A model generated the notes under the pieces. The model had not been told where the DNA came from. It searched no databases and saw nothing but the letters and a program-made list of their open reading frames with translations. A stretch of 64,000 bases of DNA from Leucoraja erinacea. Lineage: Eukaryota. Made by a program: the position numbers and the translations under genes. This document shows, one piece after another, positions 12,522 through 26,335 of the stretch (the stretch's first letter is position 1; every line of letters starts with the position of its first letter). The DNA is taken from the NCBI RefSeq assembly GCF_028641065.1, contig NC_073387.1:39556001-39620000 (forward strand), in the 5' to 3' direction.

Positions 12522-14679
12522 TAATGTGGATTTCCTTCAGATCCTCTAGCCACTAGTACATCAGGAAGATTGTTTGTGCCCTCCTTAGTGAAGTCGGATC
12601 CAAAGTACCTGTTCAATTCCTCTGCCATTTCATTGTTCCCAATAATAAATTCATCTTTTTCAGTCTTCAAGGTTCCAACTTTGGTCTTAACTATTTTTTT
12701 CCTCCTCACATACCTAAAGAAGCTTTTACTATCCTCCTTTATATTCTTGGCTAGCTTACCTTTGTACCTCATCTTTTACCCCCCTATTGCATTTTTAGTT
12801 ATCTTCTGTTGCTCTTTAAACATTACCCAATCCTCTTGCTACCCGCTCATCTTTGCTAAGTTGTCCTTCTCTTTTATTTTTATACTGTCCCTGACTTCCC
12901 TTGTCAGCCACGGTCGCCCCTTACTCCCCTTGAAATCTTTCCTCCTCTTCGGAATGAAGAGTAACATACACAAATCAACTGTAAATTATTGCAATTACAT
13001 TATAATCGTGAGGCAAAAGTTTAGAAATATCTAGTGCCTTCAGCAAGTAAATATCAGGAAACATCAGAGAACAAACTAAAAAAGAAATCTAACTTGTTAT
13101 TATGTGTGCACATTTACAGAATCCTATCAAAGAACAGAGGAACATACAACATACAATGATGATACAAATTATTGATAATTTCACATTCCTCAGGGCATAA
13201 TAACTGCTGAAAGTCATAGATTGGGGAGGAAGGGAAAAAGAAAGAGTCATTTCAATTTGTGCAAGATTGTAAAACCAAACATTATTAGATTTAATGGAAA
13301 AGATCTGTCTCAAGAATAATGCAATAGGTGTGCTATTTACCGTCCAGTTCAGACCAAATCCATCTGAAATAATGTAATAATTTGAACAATAAGTATCAGG
13401 AGATTCTAATTTTTTTTAAATCAGCTTTTATTTATCCAGACATATTTTCAGTGAAATATTATTATGGGAGCTTTTAAAAGCAGTCAGTGCATTTAAGAAT
13501 AGTAAATAGATTTGTGGTATAATCAACAGTAAGATGGAGGAGAAAGAACAAATCCAAATGTATGCTGTAATATTGGAGAGCAGATTTGTTTTGCAAATTG
13601 AATTACAGAGTCAATATTCTGTTCCCACAGCTGCAGTGGAAGATATTATGACAAAATAAGGGATAACAGTCTTTTATAACAGTATACTTAATAGGATTTT
13701 GATACTGCTTAAGGTAAATAAAATGATTTAAAGAATATTAGCAAATATCTCCAATATAGGAAAATGTTCAAATGTGCTTTCCTAAAACAGAAATCTGATT
13801 TTTTGAACATTAAAAAGCATCTTACTTCTTGGTTCCATATTGATTCAAAGCTATGGATTGGCATTTCAAATTATGTAAGAAAGTATAGCTAAAGCAGTAT
13901 CTTTCTTTTCTTCAAAGAATAGCTGGGTTCCAGCCTTGTTTTACACAAAGAAATAGTATGAGGTAGCTCTAATCCTTCTCTACTTTGGAATATTATGGCT
14001 CATCTATCCCAATGCCGTATTCCACGATTTCTTTAGCATTCAATAATATATTGCTCAAATCTTTACAGGCTTCAAAGACGTATCTCCCAATTTTATTCTT
14101 AAAAAATAAAACACTTAATATAAAGCCATAATGTCTAATATAATGGGACCATTTATGGGAAAAAGTTTCTCAATACCTTTCTTATCACTTCCATAAGGGA
14201 TGTATCTATGTCAGTGAGATTATAACTCATTCTTCTAAAATCTATTGATAAGAAAAACACACAGTATCTCCCCATAAAACAGCCTTCTCATCAGTTATGT
14301 AAGCCTCTCTGGCACCTTCTCCAAAGCAAAACTCTTGAGTTAAGAAGACCCACACTACATACATGTCAATTCCTTTTGGAACTTCTCGTCTCATGAAGCA
14401 GTACTTGAAAGACCTGAATAATGTTACAGCATGGCCAGGTGAATGATATTTAAGCAGCACAATGGAAAATCTTCAATAAGTGAGCCCAAGCATCTCCTCT
14501 TGGGACATGTTGTTGCATGTGCTACTTGAAACTGTTTCTTCATTTGCCTGTGGTTGAAATAAATAATGGGTACCAATTTAAAATTCATGTTATAATAGTC
14601 AACCAAAATGTATCAGTAAGAACCCCAAACTCACAGCCTACACCATCCAGAAGAACAAGAACAAAAGCTTTAACAAATA

Positions 14680-15212
14680 TTTTAACTCCCCTTCCCATTC
14701 CCATACCGACCTTTCTGTTCTGGGCCTCCTCTACTGTCAGAGTGAGGCCAAATGCAAATTGGAGGAACAGCACCTGATATTTCACTTGGGCAGCTTACAA
14801 TCCAGTGGTATGAATATCGATTTCTCTAATTTCAAATAACCCTTGCATTCCCTCTCTCTCCGTCCGTCCCCCACCCTCGTCGGCCTACTAGTTTCACTGT
14901 TGTCCTGCTTAGTTCATTGTTTTTTCATTATAATTCATTATCACATTCTTCACAGCCAACAATGGACCGTGAGCTCTTCCTTTCTTTGATCATCTGGCTG
15001 TCTTTGATTTGTTCTTTACATACCTTTCATTTATTAGTTCTTTGTAATCTTTCATATTTCTAGTCTCCCTCTCCCCTGACTCACTCTGAAGAAGGGTCTC
15101 AACCTGAAACGTCACATTTATTTTCGCCAGAGAGGCTGCCTGACCCGTTGAGTTACTTCAGCTTTTTGTTTTGATCTTCAGTGTAAACCAGCATCTGCAT
15201 TTCCTTCCTATG
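14680..15212 (+). mobile_element. Penelope-like element 3' end (GIY-YIG C-terminus plus terminal repeat)
   Basis: FNSPSHSHTDLSVLGLLYCQSEAKCKLEEQHLIFHLGSLQSSGMNIDFSNFK*; same peptide at 35825-36010. Confidence 0.8.
15083..15116 (+). ncRNA. Minimal hammerhead ribozyme-like motif (PLE type)
   Basis: CTGAAGA-A-GGGT ctca ACCT-GAAACGTC; stem III reduced to the palindrome ACGT; stem I weakened. Confidence 0.6.
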
Positions 15213-16519
15213 CAAGAGCAAAGCTTCATGGAAATCCTGCCAACTTTGAAAACTGCCTGTATTGGATGCATAGTAAATATTTACTAGATCAGATTTCAAA
15301 AGTTCCTTCCCTTAAAACAACCACAGGGGTTCAAGAATATGACTCTTCACCTGCTTCTCAAGGCTTTTAGGAATAAAGAACATTCTGACAATAGAAATAC
15401 ACAAATTTCATAACTAAAAAATACATAGAAGAATGCCAAGTGTGATCTCAACAAGGCTCGATATATTCACATCAAAAATTGTTGGGACTGTTGGAAAACA
15501 AGTATTTGGAGTGTGATGTTTGTGATGTTTCACCCTTTGTGTGAAAAAGTTACCCTTCAGACGTTATATCATCCTCAGAGGATAATTGTGCTTCAAATCT
15601 AGTGTACTCCATTCAATGCCTACAATGTAATCTTCTCAACATGGGAGAAACCAAATGCAGGTTGGATTGTACACTGCCTCTGTAATTTAGTTGTGCTCTG
15701 CTGCTGTAACTTATCCCATTGATGTTCATCCTAATGTGACACTATAGTCCATTTAGCACTGCCAACTGGGAATGTACTTCTGGGCTCTTGTATCTAATTA
15801 TTTGCCGTGTATGCCTAATTATAATCACCCTGTTTCAAGGAATTAGTTTTATATTAAATATTTTAAGATGTATGTGAGAGATCTGTCCTCCATAATTTGG
15901 TGTATCGCCTTGCCCTTTCATTTTGCTATTAGTGCAAACTAACACACTCCATGGGGGGAAGACGGTGGATTCATTTAATAAGGTGCATGAAAGAGCATTT
16001 GGTGAGGATACATAAAAAGAGGTATTTACTGCTGGGTAGATGAAAAAAATCAGTTGCATGTCCAAACTGTCACCTTTTGTCTTTCTTCAGAGATATGAGT
16101 CTCATAGGATTACCTACAATTAAACATTAGCTTATTGTCATTAGTACATGCAATCAAATAATTGATGCTCAGCTGCATGAACAGCTTGAGACTGTCTACA
16201 AAGCAGACCAATCCCTATATCTCCTCTATATTTATATGAGTGCATGTAAAGGATAATGGAAGGATCTGATAAAGATAGACATTTCTCCCATGATAATACC
16301 ACATTTAAAGTATCTAGGCCCAAACAACTGCAGATTCACCAGAATGTATAATATCAACCACTGCAATCAATCTCTCTTCTGGTCCTATTTACTGACTGAG
16401 TGGTAGGAAATTAATGATTTCCATCCCAAAAGACAAACATGCAGCCAACAATTAGACTTTGCAGAGGCTGGTTTACACAAACGTACAAAAACCCATATTC
16501 AGTCTGCTGTGTTTATATT

Positions 16520-19500
16520 GGATTTGTTGTGGCTATCTCTTGAGGTCGAGGATGATGGTCTACGTTCCATTGTTTTTCTGGACACTCAGGTGGCTTATGA
16601 GTCCCATCCTGGCTTTGAAAGTTCTTCGGCATACAGGACAGGTAATTCCAGATGGCAGAACAGGCTTTCGTTGTTGCTGCCTCTCTTTCTGTTTTCTTCT
16701 CTTTTCTTCTAATTTTGTGCATCTGTTGGCTTCGAAGGTCGCTGTTCCTTCTTGCATGATTGTTCACCAGAGTTTCCTGTCCTTGGCATTGGTTTCCCAA
16801 TTGTTGATGTCAATGGCATATTTCTTCATGCTGGTTTTTAAGGGGTCCATGAATCTCCTTTTTGGTCCATCTCCTTTCCCTTTGCCTTCTATAAGCTGGG
16901 AGTAGAAAGTTTGCTCTGGTAGATGCTCGTCTTCCATCCGAACAACATGGCCGACCCATCTTGGTTTGTTCTTGATGATGAAGGCTTCGACGCTAAATGT
17001 TTTTACTTCATTCAGCACACTTCTGTTCTTCTGTCTTCCCAACTGATATTTAAGCTGCTTCGAAGACTTAGTTGATGGGACTTTTCAAGTGTTTTCAGAT
17101 GGCGTCAATATGCTGTCAGGTTTCTGATGCATACAGGAGCGTTGGAATCACCACTGCTTTGTACATTAACATTTTGCTGTCTGTTCGGATGTCGCGGATG
17201 TCGCGATTTTGAAAGACTCTCTATTGAAGACGTCCAAAAGCTGTTCCAGCACACTTAAGACGATGTTGGATCTCGTCATCAAGGTCGACATTGGAGGAGA
17301 GGTGACTTCCAACGTACGGAAAATGATCCACATTTTCCAGGGTTATTTTACCAAGTTGAATTGATGGTTCTTTCCGATTTATCTAAGTTTGTGACGATTG
17401 GTAGATAACCTGAGTCTTCTTGGAGTTGATGGTAAGTCCAAGTTTCATGTATGCACTGTTGAAGGCAGTCAGGATCTGTTGCAGATGATTTTCTGAGAGA
17501 GCTGCAACACAGTTGCCATCGGCGTTTTGGAACTCGATAAGGGATCTCATAGATGTCATAGTTTTGGACTTGAGACGGGCAAGATTGAAAAGTCTGCCAT
17601 CTGTTCTGTAGATTAATTTGATTCCTGGGGGTAGGTCGTCCTTGATGATGTGAATGGTTGGCACAATGAGGATGGTGAACAGTGTTGGGACAATCTCGCT
17701 TCCCTGTTTCATTCCTGATCTGACTTTAAATGGCTCACAGTTGCTGTTGCTGTTGCTGTTGCTGGCCATGACTGTGGCAAGCATGTCATCGTGGAGGAGT
17801 CTCAGGATTTGAATTTACTTTTCTGGACAACCATAGGTGGATAAGACGTCCCATAAGTGTTCCCTTAATACCGATGTTGAAGGCTTTAGTGAGGTCGATG
17901 AATGCCATGTACTAAGGTTGAAGTTGTTCATGGCATTTTTCTTGTAGTTGACACATTGTGAATATCCTGTCGGCTGTTCCACGTGATGGTCTAAAGCCGG
18001 CTTGTGTCTCTGGAAGGATCCTCTTAGAATAAAGGGGAGGTCATTTAAGACTGAGGTGAGAGAAAACTTTTTCACGAGAGAGCTGTGAATTTATGGAATT
18101 CCATGCCACAGAGGGCAGTGGAGGCCAAGTCACTGGATGGATTTAAGAGAGAGCTAGATAGAGTTCTTATGGCTAGTGGAGTCAAGGGATATGGGGAGAT
18201 TGCAGGCACAGGTTATTGATAGGGAACGATCAGCCATGATCGTAATGAATGGCGGTGCTGGCTCGAAGGGCTGAATGGCCTCCTCCTGCACCTATTTTCT
18301 ATGTTTCTATGTTTCTCGGCTAAAGGCTTGAGTCGGCTGTTCATGATGCAGGCGAGGACTTTGCCTGCTGTTGCTAACAGATAAATTCCCCAATAGTTTC
18401 CGCAGTCAGATCGATTGCCTTTCCTTTTGTAGATGGTCACGATTGCATAGTTTCTAAAGTCTCCTGGTACGTCTTCATTTATCCAGATCTTGATGGGAAG
18501 TTGATGCAGTTGGTAATGGAGCAGGTTACCTCCAATTGTGTCGACCTCGGCTGGTATTCCATCGAGTGCAGCTGCCTTGCTTTTTTTCTAAGTTTTGATG
18601 GCTTTCTTGACTTCTTCAAGTGATGGTATTCTGTTTAGGGAGTCGTCAAGGGGTTGCTTTGGAATGTTGTTGATCACATTTCCTGTCAAATGAGGTGATT
18701 TGATTTAGAAGATCTTCAAAATCCTCCCTCCGTCTAGAATTGATGTCAGCATTGCTCTTTAGTATGGTTGACCTATCTTTGCTTATGAGAGGGGTTTGAA
18801 CATGAGTGGATGGACCAAAAATGGCTTTGGTTGCATTGAAAAAGCCTTGAGTGTCATTAGTGTCTGCTAGTTGTTGGATTTCTTGAGCTTTCTCCCTCCA
18901 CAATTGTTTTTTCCGGTTTCGGGTGCTCTTCTGGACTGCACCCTTGCATTTTGTAAGGTGATGAAAGCTTTACTCTTTTCATCGATGAATTGTTGGAGTT
19001 GTTTGCCATTATCGTCGAACCAATCCTGATGTTGTTTTGACTTGAACCCAATTGTTTCCTTGCAGGATGCAATATCGTTGATATCGTTCTTCAGTAGATT
19101 CCAGTGTTCTTCGACAGATGTTGGGATTTGTTGAGGCAGTTGTTCTTGAAGTTTTTGTTGAAACCTCTGTTCATGGTTGATGTCTTGAAGGACGTCAACA
19201 TTGAATTTCTTGATGAAGTTCTGGTTTTGATGTTTCCTTTTGTGCCGAATCTTCATTCTCATGGTGTACGAGATGACACAATGGTCTGTCCAGCACTTGT
19301 CGGCACCAGTAACGGCTCTTGCTTTCAGTACATCTTGTAGGTCACAGGATCGTACGATGATGTAGTCGATGAGGTGCCAGTGTTTGTAACGTGGATGCTG
19401 CCAGAAGTCTTTGTGCCTGTTTTTCTGGTGAAATAAGTTGTTTGTAATCACTAGGTTGTGTTCAGCACATTTGGTGAGGAGGAATGTTCCATTGGCGTTG

Positions 19501-20375
19501 ACCTTGCCAACTCCTTCCTTGCCGATGATTCTGGTCCAGAACCCATGATCTTTCCCGACACTGGCATTAAAGTCTCCTAAGAGAATGATCTTGTCGTTGT
19601 TGGGAACAGAGGAAAGGACATCGTCAAGTTCGGCATAGAAGTTCTCTACTTCATCCTCAGTGTCCAGAGTTGAAACACAGGTGCTGATGATGGTGAGGTA
19701 TTGGTTCTTGATGAGCTGGATTTGTTAAGATGTTCATTAATTCCCAGTGGTTGCACTGTCAGCTTCTGAAGTACTGTCAGCTTCTGAAGTAGGCTGTTTC
19801 AGATGGCAAAACCCACTCCATGGATCCTCGGTTGTTCAGGATCAAGACCTTTCCGGAAAAAAGATGTATTGACCTTGTTCGTACTTTAGTTGCCCTTCTC
19901 CAGCTCTGAGGGTCTCACTCAGAGCAACAATGTACAAACTGAATTTTTGGAGTTTCCGAGCAACAAAGGCGGTTCTTCTCTCTGATCGGTCTGTGTTTGG
20001 GTTGTCCATCAGCGTTAGTATATTCCAAGTTCAAAGTTTCATAGTTTTGCTTCTCGACCGCATGATGGTAATCCCTCTGGACGCGGCTTTCCAGACAGGA
20101 TGAGGCGAAGCTGACTATTTTTAGGGCACCTTTTCTAGCCCCACCCCAGTTGAGTGAATCCTAAATAGGGCTGCCCAGACATGAATACTGCTACCGAACA
20201 ACTTTTCTGCTTCTGTCCAAAGTTGAGCGATTGAATCAAGTATTCACCACTTCCGTGCTGGTTCTTGACTAGGAGCTTCCAGCCATCATGTGGCCTGCTC
20301 CCGTCGCCCTTCCTCAATCGTCGAAAGTTGTGAGGAGTTTGGTGCTGCTGATAGAAGAAGACGCGTGTGCGTGTG
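16520..20375 (-). mobile_element. Near full-length degenerate RTE-clade LINE
   Basis: APE start (WNILTLMDNPNTDRSERRTA) near 20030; WQHPRYKHWHLIDYIIVR; CGNYWGIYLLATAGKVL; GMKQG..PTLF; C-terminal CPVCRRTFKARMGLISHL; many frameshifts. Confidence 0.9.
18022..18315 (+). mobile_element. CR1 3' end inserted in the RTE
   Basis: Splits RTE KPLAEK|ILPETQAGFRP; (TATGTTTC)n tail. Confidence 0.85.
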
Positions 20376-20830
20376 TTTGTTTAACATATATTTAACATAT
20401 ATACATAACAGAATGGAAGAATTAATTTTGGAATTGTTTTGAAGTGTTAGCTCTGTTTTCATGTTTTCCTCAGTAGTTGTGAAATTATTGCTGAGAATTT
20501 CCATCATATTCTGCATTCACTTCAGATCACTAACAACACTGTTTTTGGATTTTAGTTTGTTACTGATATTGTAAGGATAGTTTTCTCCAGGTTATCTTGA
20601 CTCAATAAAATTTACATTGCAAGATAGCATCCGACTGAGATCCTAGCTGTGTTCAAGTTGCTTGCCTTCTCTGAGCCTCCACCTGACTTCAGGTCAATGA
20701 CTACTCATCATGAAATATTAACTGTTGTTTTCTCCGTGGATGCTCCATTGTCCTGCGGAATAGTTTTAATTAGTATTGCTATCCAAGGCCTTATATACTC
20801 AGGGCTAGATATGCAGATTCAAAGCAGAAC

Positions 20831-21008
20831 TGTATAGGAAGGAACTGCAGATGCTGGTTTACACCAAAGATAGGCACAAAATGTTGGAGTAACTCAGTGG
20901 GTCAGGCAGCTTCAATCTGAAGAAGGGTCTCAACCTGAAACGTTACCTATTCCTTTTCTCCAGAGATGCTGCCTGACCCGCTGAGTTACATTTTGATTCA
21001 ATCTTCAA
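20831..21008. mobile_element. Inverted pair of Penelope terminal fragments, with hammerhead motif at 20917-20944
   Basis: Minus module 20831-20910 abuts a plus module starting CTGAAGAAGGGTCTCAACCTGAAACGTT. Confidence 0.7.
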
Positions 21009-21889
21009 AGAAAAACCCTCTGTCTTTAGGCAGTTGCACAGTGTAAGTAAATTTGGAATTTGTTAGCTATTAACTCCAATAGCAGGTTAACGAGTGATGT
21101 CATCTGCACCATCATACAACCTTAATCAGAGAGATAGGGTTAAAATCGCACCAGTCCCCCATCTGTTTTCTGAACTATAGTCCTACCATTAGACTGTTCT
21201 TAAATCACTGAAAAGATTCCATGATTCTGAGCCATATGTTAGTCAGGATGAGAATTAAGAGACATGTTGTATTGATCCTGTTGCCATCAGGCGTTATGAG
21301 TTACCAGTCTTGGGTGGCAGTGAAAAGAAACACAGTTGCTGTTTAAAATGGCAGAATCAGTGGAAGTTTTATGGCAGTAATATTGTAGGGTGATTTTCAA
21401 GACAGATGGGGAAAATTACAGCCTACAATCTGTGAAGTTCCATTATCAGATCAACACTTCTCATAATGTTGGGAGAGACAAAAAAGGTGTAACTCAATGA
21501 TGAATGCAGTGGTGTGCTGATAAAAGTAGTTATATCAAGCTAACTTCAATGTCAGTCTGAACTACTTGCACGTAGTGTTGCATTTATTGCCTTGATCTTT
21601 AAAAAATTAGAGCTGCCACTTGTGTGTTCATCTGTGCAATATTTCTTTAAACCATCAATACTATATTAATAGGCATTATAATCGCCTAGATAAATTATAA
21701 ATAGTCACATTTAAATGGTGCTCATCCACAATTCACTAACTTAGAATATCGTTATCAAATACTAAGTAATGTCCTGATCTTGTTAATAAATTAGCAACTA
21801 AACTATCATTTTATATCTCATCAAAACTGTTGATAACATTCTGGGAGTACTGAGTGACCTAATGAATGCTTTCTTGTCAACACACTCAT

Positions 21890-23397
21890 GCTAATTACCC
21901 CCCTTGATCCTTGATATTATATGAATATTATTAATTTGCTCCTTTTACCCCATAACCACCCTATCCACTGATATAGCCCCCAACTTGCAGTTACATCTAG
22001 AGGGGAGGGGGCTGGGTGGGCGGGGCGTTTTAGAGAGTGAGGGCAAGAGAGAGAAGGGGCAGAGACAGAGAGGAGAGAGAGAGACACACACAGAGAGAGG
22101 AGCAAGAGGGATAGGGGGGTGGAGAGGCGGATAAGAGGGAGGGTGGGTGGAGGGGAAAGGTGGGGGAGGAGGGGAGGAGAGAGAGGTGAGAGTGAGGGGG
22201 GAGAGGAGGGGTGCTGCTGAGAGGGGGTGAGGGGAGAGTGGGGAGCAGGGAGGGGGAGGGAGGGGGAGGGTGGAGGGAAGAGGGTGGGGGTGTGTGGAGG
22301 TGAGAGGGTTTAGGGGAGGAAGGGAGTGTGGGGGGGGGTGGAGGGGAGTAGTGGAGAGAGAGGAGAGGGAGGGGAGAAGGGGGAGGGGGGAGGAGAGAGG
22401 GGAGGGGGAGGAGAGGAAGGGGGGAGGGGAGGAGAGAGGGGGAGGTGAGAGGAGAGGGGGTGGTGCTGAGAGGGGGGGTGTGAGATGACGGGATGACGGG
22501 GGGCGAGGTGGGGAGCAGGGAGGGGAGGGTGGAGGGAAGGGGCGGTCGAGGGGTATGTGGGGTGGAGGAGGGACGGTGGGGGGGGATTGTAATTGGGAGG
22601 GACCGGACATGGGGTAGGGGGATGGAGGGCAGGAAAAAGCAGGGGAGAGAGAAGAGAGGGGTGGAGGGGGGAGGAGGAGGAGGAGAGGGGGAGGAGAGGA
22701 GAGGGGAGGGGGAGGAGAGGGAGGAGAGGAGAGGGGGGGAGGGGAGAGGGGGGAGAGGAGAAGGGGGTAGAGAGGACGAGAGGGGAGAGGAGGAGAGAGG
22801 GAGAGAGGGGAGAGGAGAGAGGGGGGAGACGAGAGAGGAGAGGTGGTGAGAGGAGAGAGGGGGAGGAGGAGAGAGGAGGAAAGGGGAGAGAGGGGGGGAG
22901 GATGAGAGAGGGGGGAGGAGAGGGGGAGAGGAGAGGGGGCAGTGAGAGGAGGGGGAGAGGGGAGAGGAGGGAGAGAGGAGAGGGGGAGAGATGGAGAGGG
23001 GGGGAGAGAGGGGGGGGGGACAGAGAGGGGGGGAGACGAGAGAGGGGGAGAGAGATAGAGAAAGAGAGAGGGAAAGAGGGGAGAGAGGAGGGGAGAGAGA
23101 GGTGGGGAGCAGGAGAGGGAGAGGTGGGGGAGAGAGAGGAGAGGAGGGGGGGAGAGAGAGAGAGAGTGCCTTTTTATAACCAACCCTAAAACAACACATT
23201 GCTGACAATGGGGAATTTTGTAAAAAAACCATTAATATCTCTGTCATTTTTCATCAGGAAAATCCTCGGCACATATATGGCGGAGGGGGGTACTGAGCAA
23301 GATGGCCAAAATTTACGGCCGTAGTGGTGGAGTTCTCTCGGAAATCGCAGAACAGATGGCCAAAAATGGGTCAAGAAACAGACATTAGTAATATAGA
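21890..23397 (-). mobile_element. Non-autonomous Helitron-like element with GA-rich interior
   Basis: Minus strand starts A|TCTATATTACTAA at 23397; 5' module shared with the copies at 37856, 48639, 51580 and 54903; left boundary approximate. Confidence 0.6.
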
Positions 23398-24225
23398 TAT
23401 ATATATAATAATATGAGCTGCGGCAGGCAAACTCACACTAAACTAATCCATCCAAACACACAGGTGGGGGGAGGGGAGCGGGAGGAGAGAGTGAGGAGAG
23501 GGTAGACGGGGTGGGCAGAGGGGAGGGAGGGTAGAGGGGAGGAGGGGAAACGGGGAGCAGAGAGGATTTGGGAGGGAGAGGAGAGCCGGTGTAGGGGAGG
23601 GAAGGGGGGTGGGGGGAGGGGGGTGGGGGAGAGAGAGGTAAAAAAAATAAGGGGGTGGGGGGAGAGAGGGAGGGGGGGGGAGGAGGAGGGGAGGAGAGGG
23701 AGAGGGGTGAGGGAGATGGGGAGAGAGGTGTGGTGCTGAGAGGGGGAGGGAGGCAAGAGGAGGGAGATGGGGTAGGGGTTAGAGAGGAAGAGTGGGGATG
23801 GAGGGGGAAAGAGTGGGGAGGGGGGAAGGGGGTGGGGGACAGAGAGAAAGAAGCGGGTGGGGGATGGAGGAATCGTGAGGGAAGCGTGGGAAGGGGAAGG
23901 GGGTGGTGGAGAGAGGGAAAGGAGTGGGGGAGGGAAATGGGGGGTGGGGGAGAGAGAGGAAAGGGTTGGGGGAGGGAAGGGGTAGGTGGGGGGAGAAAAG
24001 GGTGTGGGGGGAGAGGAGGAGGAGGAGGGAGGGGAGGAGAGGGAGAGGGTGAGGAGAGGGAGATGGAGAAGGGGAGGTGAGAGGGATGGGGGGAGGGGAG
24101 AGAGGTGTGGGGGAGGGGGGGAGGAGGGGAAATGGGGTAGGTGAGGGAGGGGAGAGGCGTGGGGGAGAGAGGGAAATAGTGGGGAGGTGAGAGTTGAAGG
24201 GGGGAGGGGTAGGGGACAGTCATCT
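22030..24225. repeat. Two polypurine (G/A-rich) low-complexity tracts (~22030-23165, ~23465-24220)
   Basis: Nearly pure G/A on the + strand; source of spurious Pro/Ser and Gly/Glu/Arg ORFs. Confidence 0.95.
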
Positions 24226-25974
24226 GTTAACCATGGTGACTATCACCGCCAATCCTCTTCCCCTAGTCCCCACCACATGTGATGACGCGCTTTGACACAG
24301 GCTGCGTGGGTGGGGAGAGGGGCTGGGGCTGGGGTTGCTGCAAAGGCATAAGTAAATGGATCCATTCCGTTTGGACATCTGTGAGCATTGGGCATTGTGA
24401 CATCACACGATGGAACGTTCACCAACATGTTATGGGTGAGAACTGTTTTTTTTTTTAATTTTGGGTGGGGGGGGGGAGATTATTTTTTAATTAAAAATGT
24501 GTTCGTAAACACGACAAAATTTAATCAGGAAGTTTGGAATTCATTCCTAAAATGGAACAAAATTTGGGCTGCGTTCTTTAAGACACGTACTTTTTTCATT
24601 TCCCGGCCTTTGACACACAGTTTTTAATTGTGAAAATACATGTTCCCACATGCATTTATGTTACACACAAGCATTTCAGCAGGATACTGGAGAGAAGGAT
24701 ATGGGTTTTTGTGTCGAGACCCTTAAAGATTGATATCTGTGTTTCGAGTATATATGTCTGGTTCTGGAGACTCTGTAAATCATAAATATGATATAAGGAA
24801 TCATGTTTAGGAAGAAAGATTGGGATACCTGACATAAAGTACCAGGGAGTTGCTCTTTTGGAGACTTATAAGGTATTAATGGAATATGACAAATAATCTC
24901 AATGGACTACTAATAATTAATTTATATGGGTTGAACACATGGTTACAGAAATGGTTGATATAATTCAGGGATTTATAAGACTGAAATCTTCACACAATGT
25001 ATGAATTATATCTGGTTGGCCATAGAATCATAGAATCATAGAGCATGGAAATCGATCCCAAAACCATGTAGAGTCTCAGTATGAATGGATGCTACACAAG
25101 GATAATTAGAGAATGGTGAATTAGGATAATATGAACGTATATTCCAATTATTACATTTTCAATCATGAAGAGTTAAATAGACCATTTTCACAATTGTTAG
25201 CGGCATTTATTTGTTAACATATATATGGCACAATTGACTTCTCAAATCAAAGATGTTACTAAGCATGAATAATAAGACATGAAACTCTTTTTTCTCTTCT
25301 CTCAGATCCTACCTGACCAGATTAGTTTTCAGAATTTGCAGATATTATTTCAGATTTCCAGCATCTGCATTTTTACTTTATATTTTCATGTTGCTTTTTC
25401 CCTTGTTAAAAGCCTTTCTTTGTAGACATCTTTGCTTCTTATCAACTTTAAGATAACAAAATAATTATAGGGTTGGATTTGGATCCAATTCATTTTTTTT
25501 TTAGAATATAGGGTAAATATAATAACTCAGTTGGTGAGGTATCATCTATGAAGCGAAGAAAATTCCTTTGCTCCATAGATGCTGCATCACCCGCTGAGTT
25601 TCTAAATCATTTGTGCCCTAATTTAATTTGATCAAATTTTCATTGATATTTGTGATATGTAGTCCACAAAACCATAATGGATTTTTTATTCTTTCAAAGT
25701 ATGCTATTTCAGCTTTTTTTCATTGTGCTTTCATTCCCTCTCATTTGAATTATTGTTCTTTGTTCTTCTGAGGTTCCTAATTGTTTTCCTCTGACCGATT
25801 TGAAGATCCTTATTGTTCAATGTTATTGTTAAGTTTCTGTGGCATTTATTGTATTATAGCTTCAGTTTGCTTGTCAACCTGTGACATTTTCTTTAAGCTT
25901 CATTTGTAGCATCCTCATGCATGCCTTATAGGATAAATTTCAATTAAGCCTGAGAATAATTGGCTTTAGTTACT

Positions 25975-26255
25975 AGGGTGGCATAGCGGTGCAGCGGTCG
26001 AGTTGCTGCGTTACCGCACTTACAAACCTACAGGTTTGATCTTGATCCTGTATGGAGTTTATATTTTCTCCCCGTGACCATGTGGGTTTACTCCAAGATC
26101 ATCGGTTTCCTCCCACACTCCAAAGACGTACAGTTTTATAGGCTAATTAGCTTGGTATAAATGTAAATTGTCTCTAGTATGTGCATAGTGCTAATGTGCG
26201 GGAATTGTTGGTCGGTTGGCAGAAGGGATTGTTTCTGTGCTATATCTCTAAAAAA
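25975..26255 (+). mobile_element. HE1-like SINE
   Basis: GGGTGGCATAGCGGTGCAGCGG..CTCCCACACTCCAAAGACGTAC consensus. Confidence 0.8.
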
Positions 26256-26335
26256 CAGCAAAAAATGAATGGTATTGATGCACTTGATAGTTGACTCCCT
26301 TTTTAAAAAAACAGTTCCATTGAAGCCACTGTGAA

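Larger units (their letters stand above)
9535..12958 (-). mobile_element. 5'-truncated CR1 (HER1-like) LINE split by a DNA transposon at 11136-12521
   Basis: ORFs 9621-10409, 10634-10906 (SCLTNL..YLDFQKAFDKV) and 12521-12772; removing the insert restores CCTGCCTAATGTGGATTTCC. Confidence 0.92.

Noticed and set aside
13800-14620. Coding-like minus-strand stretches (e.g. FGEGAREAYITDEKAVLWGD)
   Set aside because: Multiple stops and no recognisable domain; cannot be assigned without a search
21945-24223. Long ORFs of 412, 405 and 261 aa (Pro/Ser/Leu-rich) and their Gly/Glu/Arg antisense ORFs
   Set aside because: Artefacts of G/A low-complexity DNA that lacks stop codons
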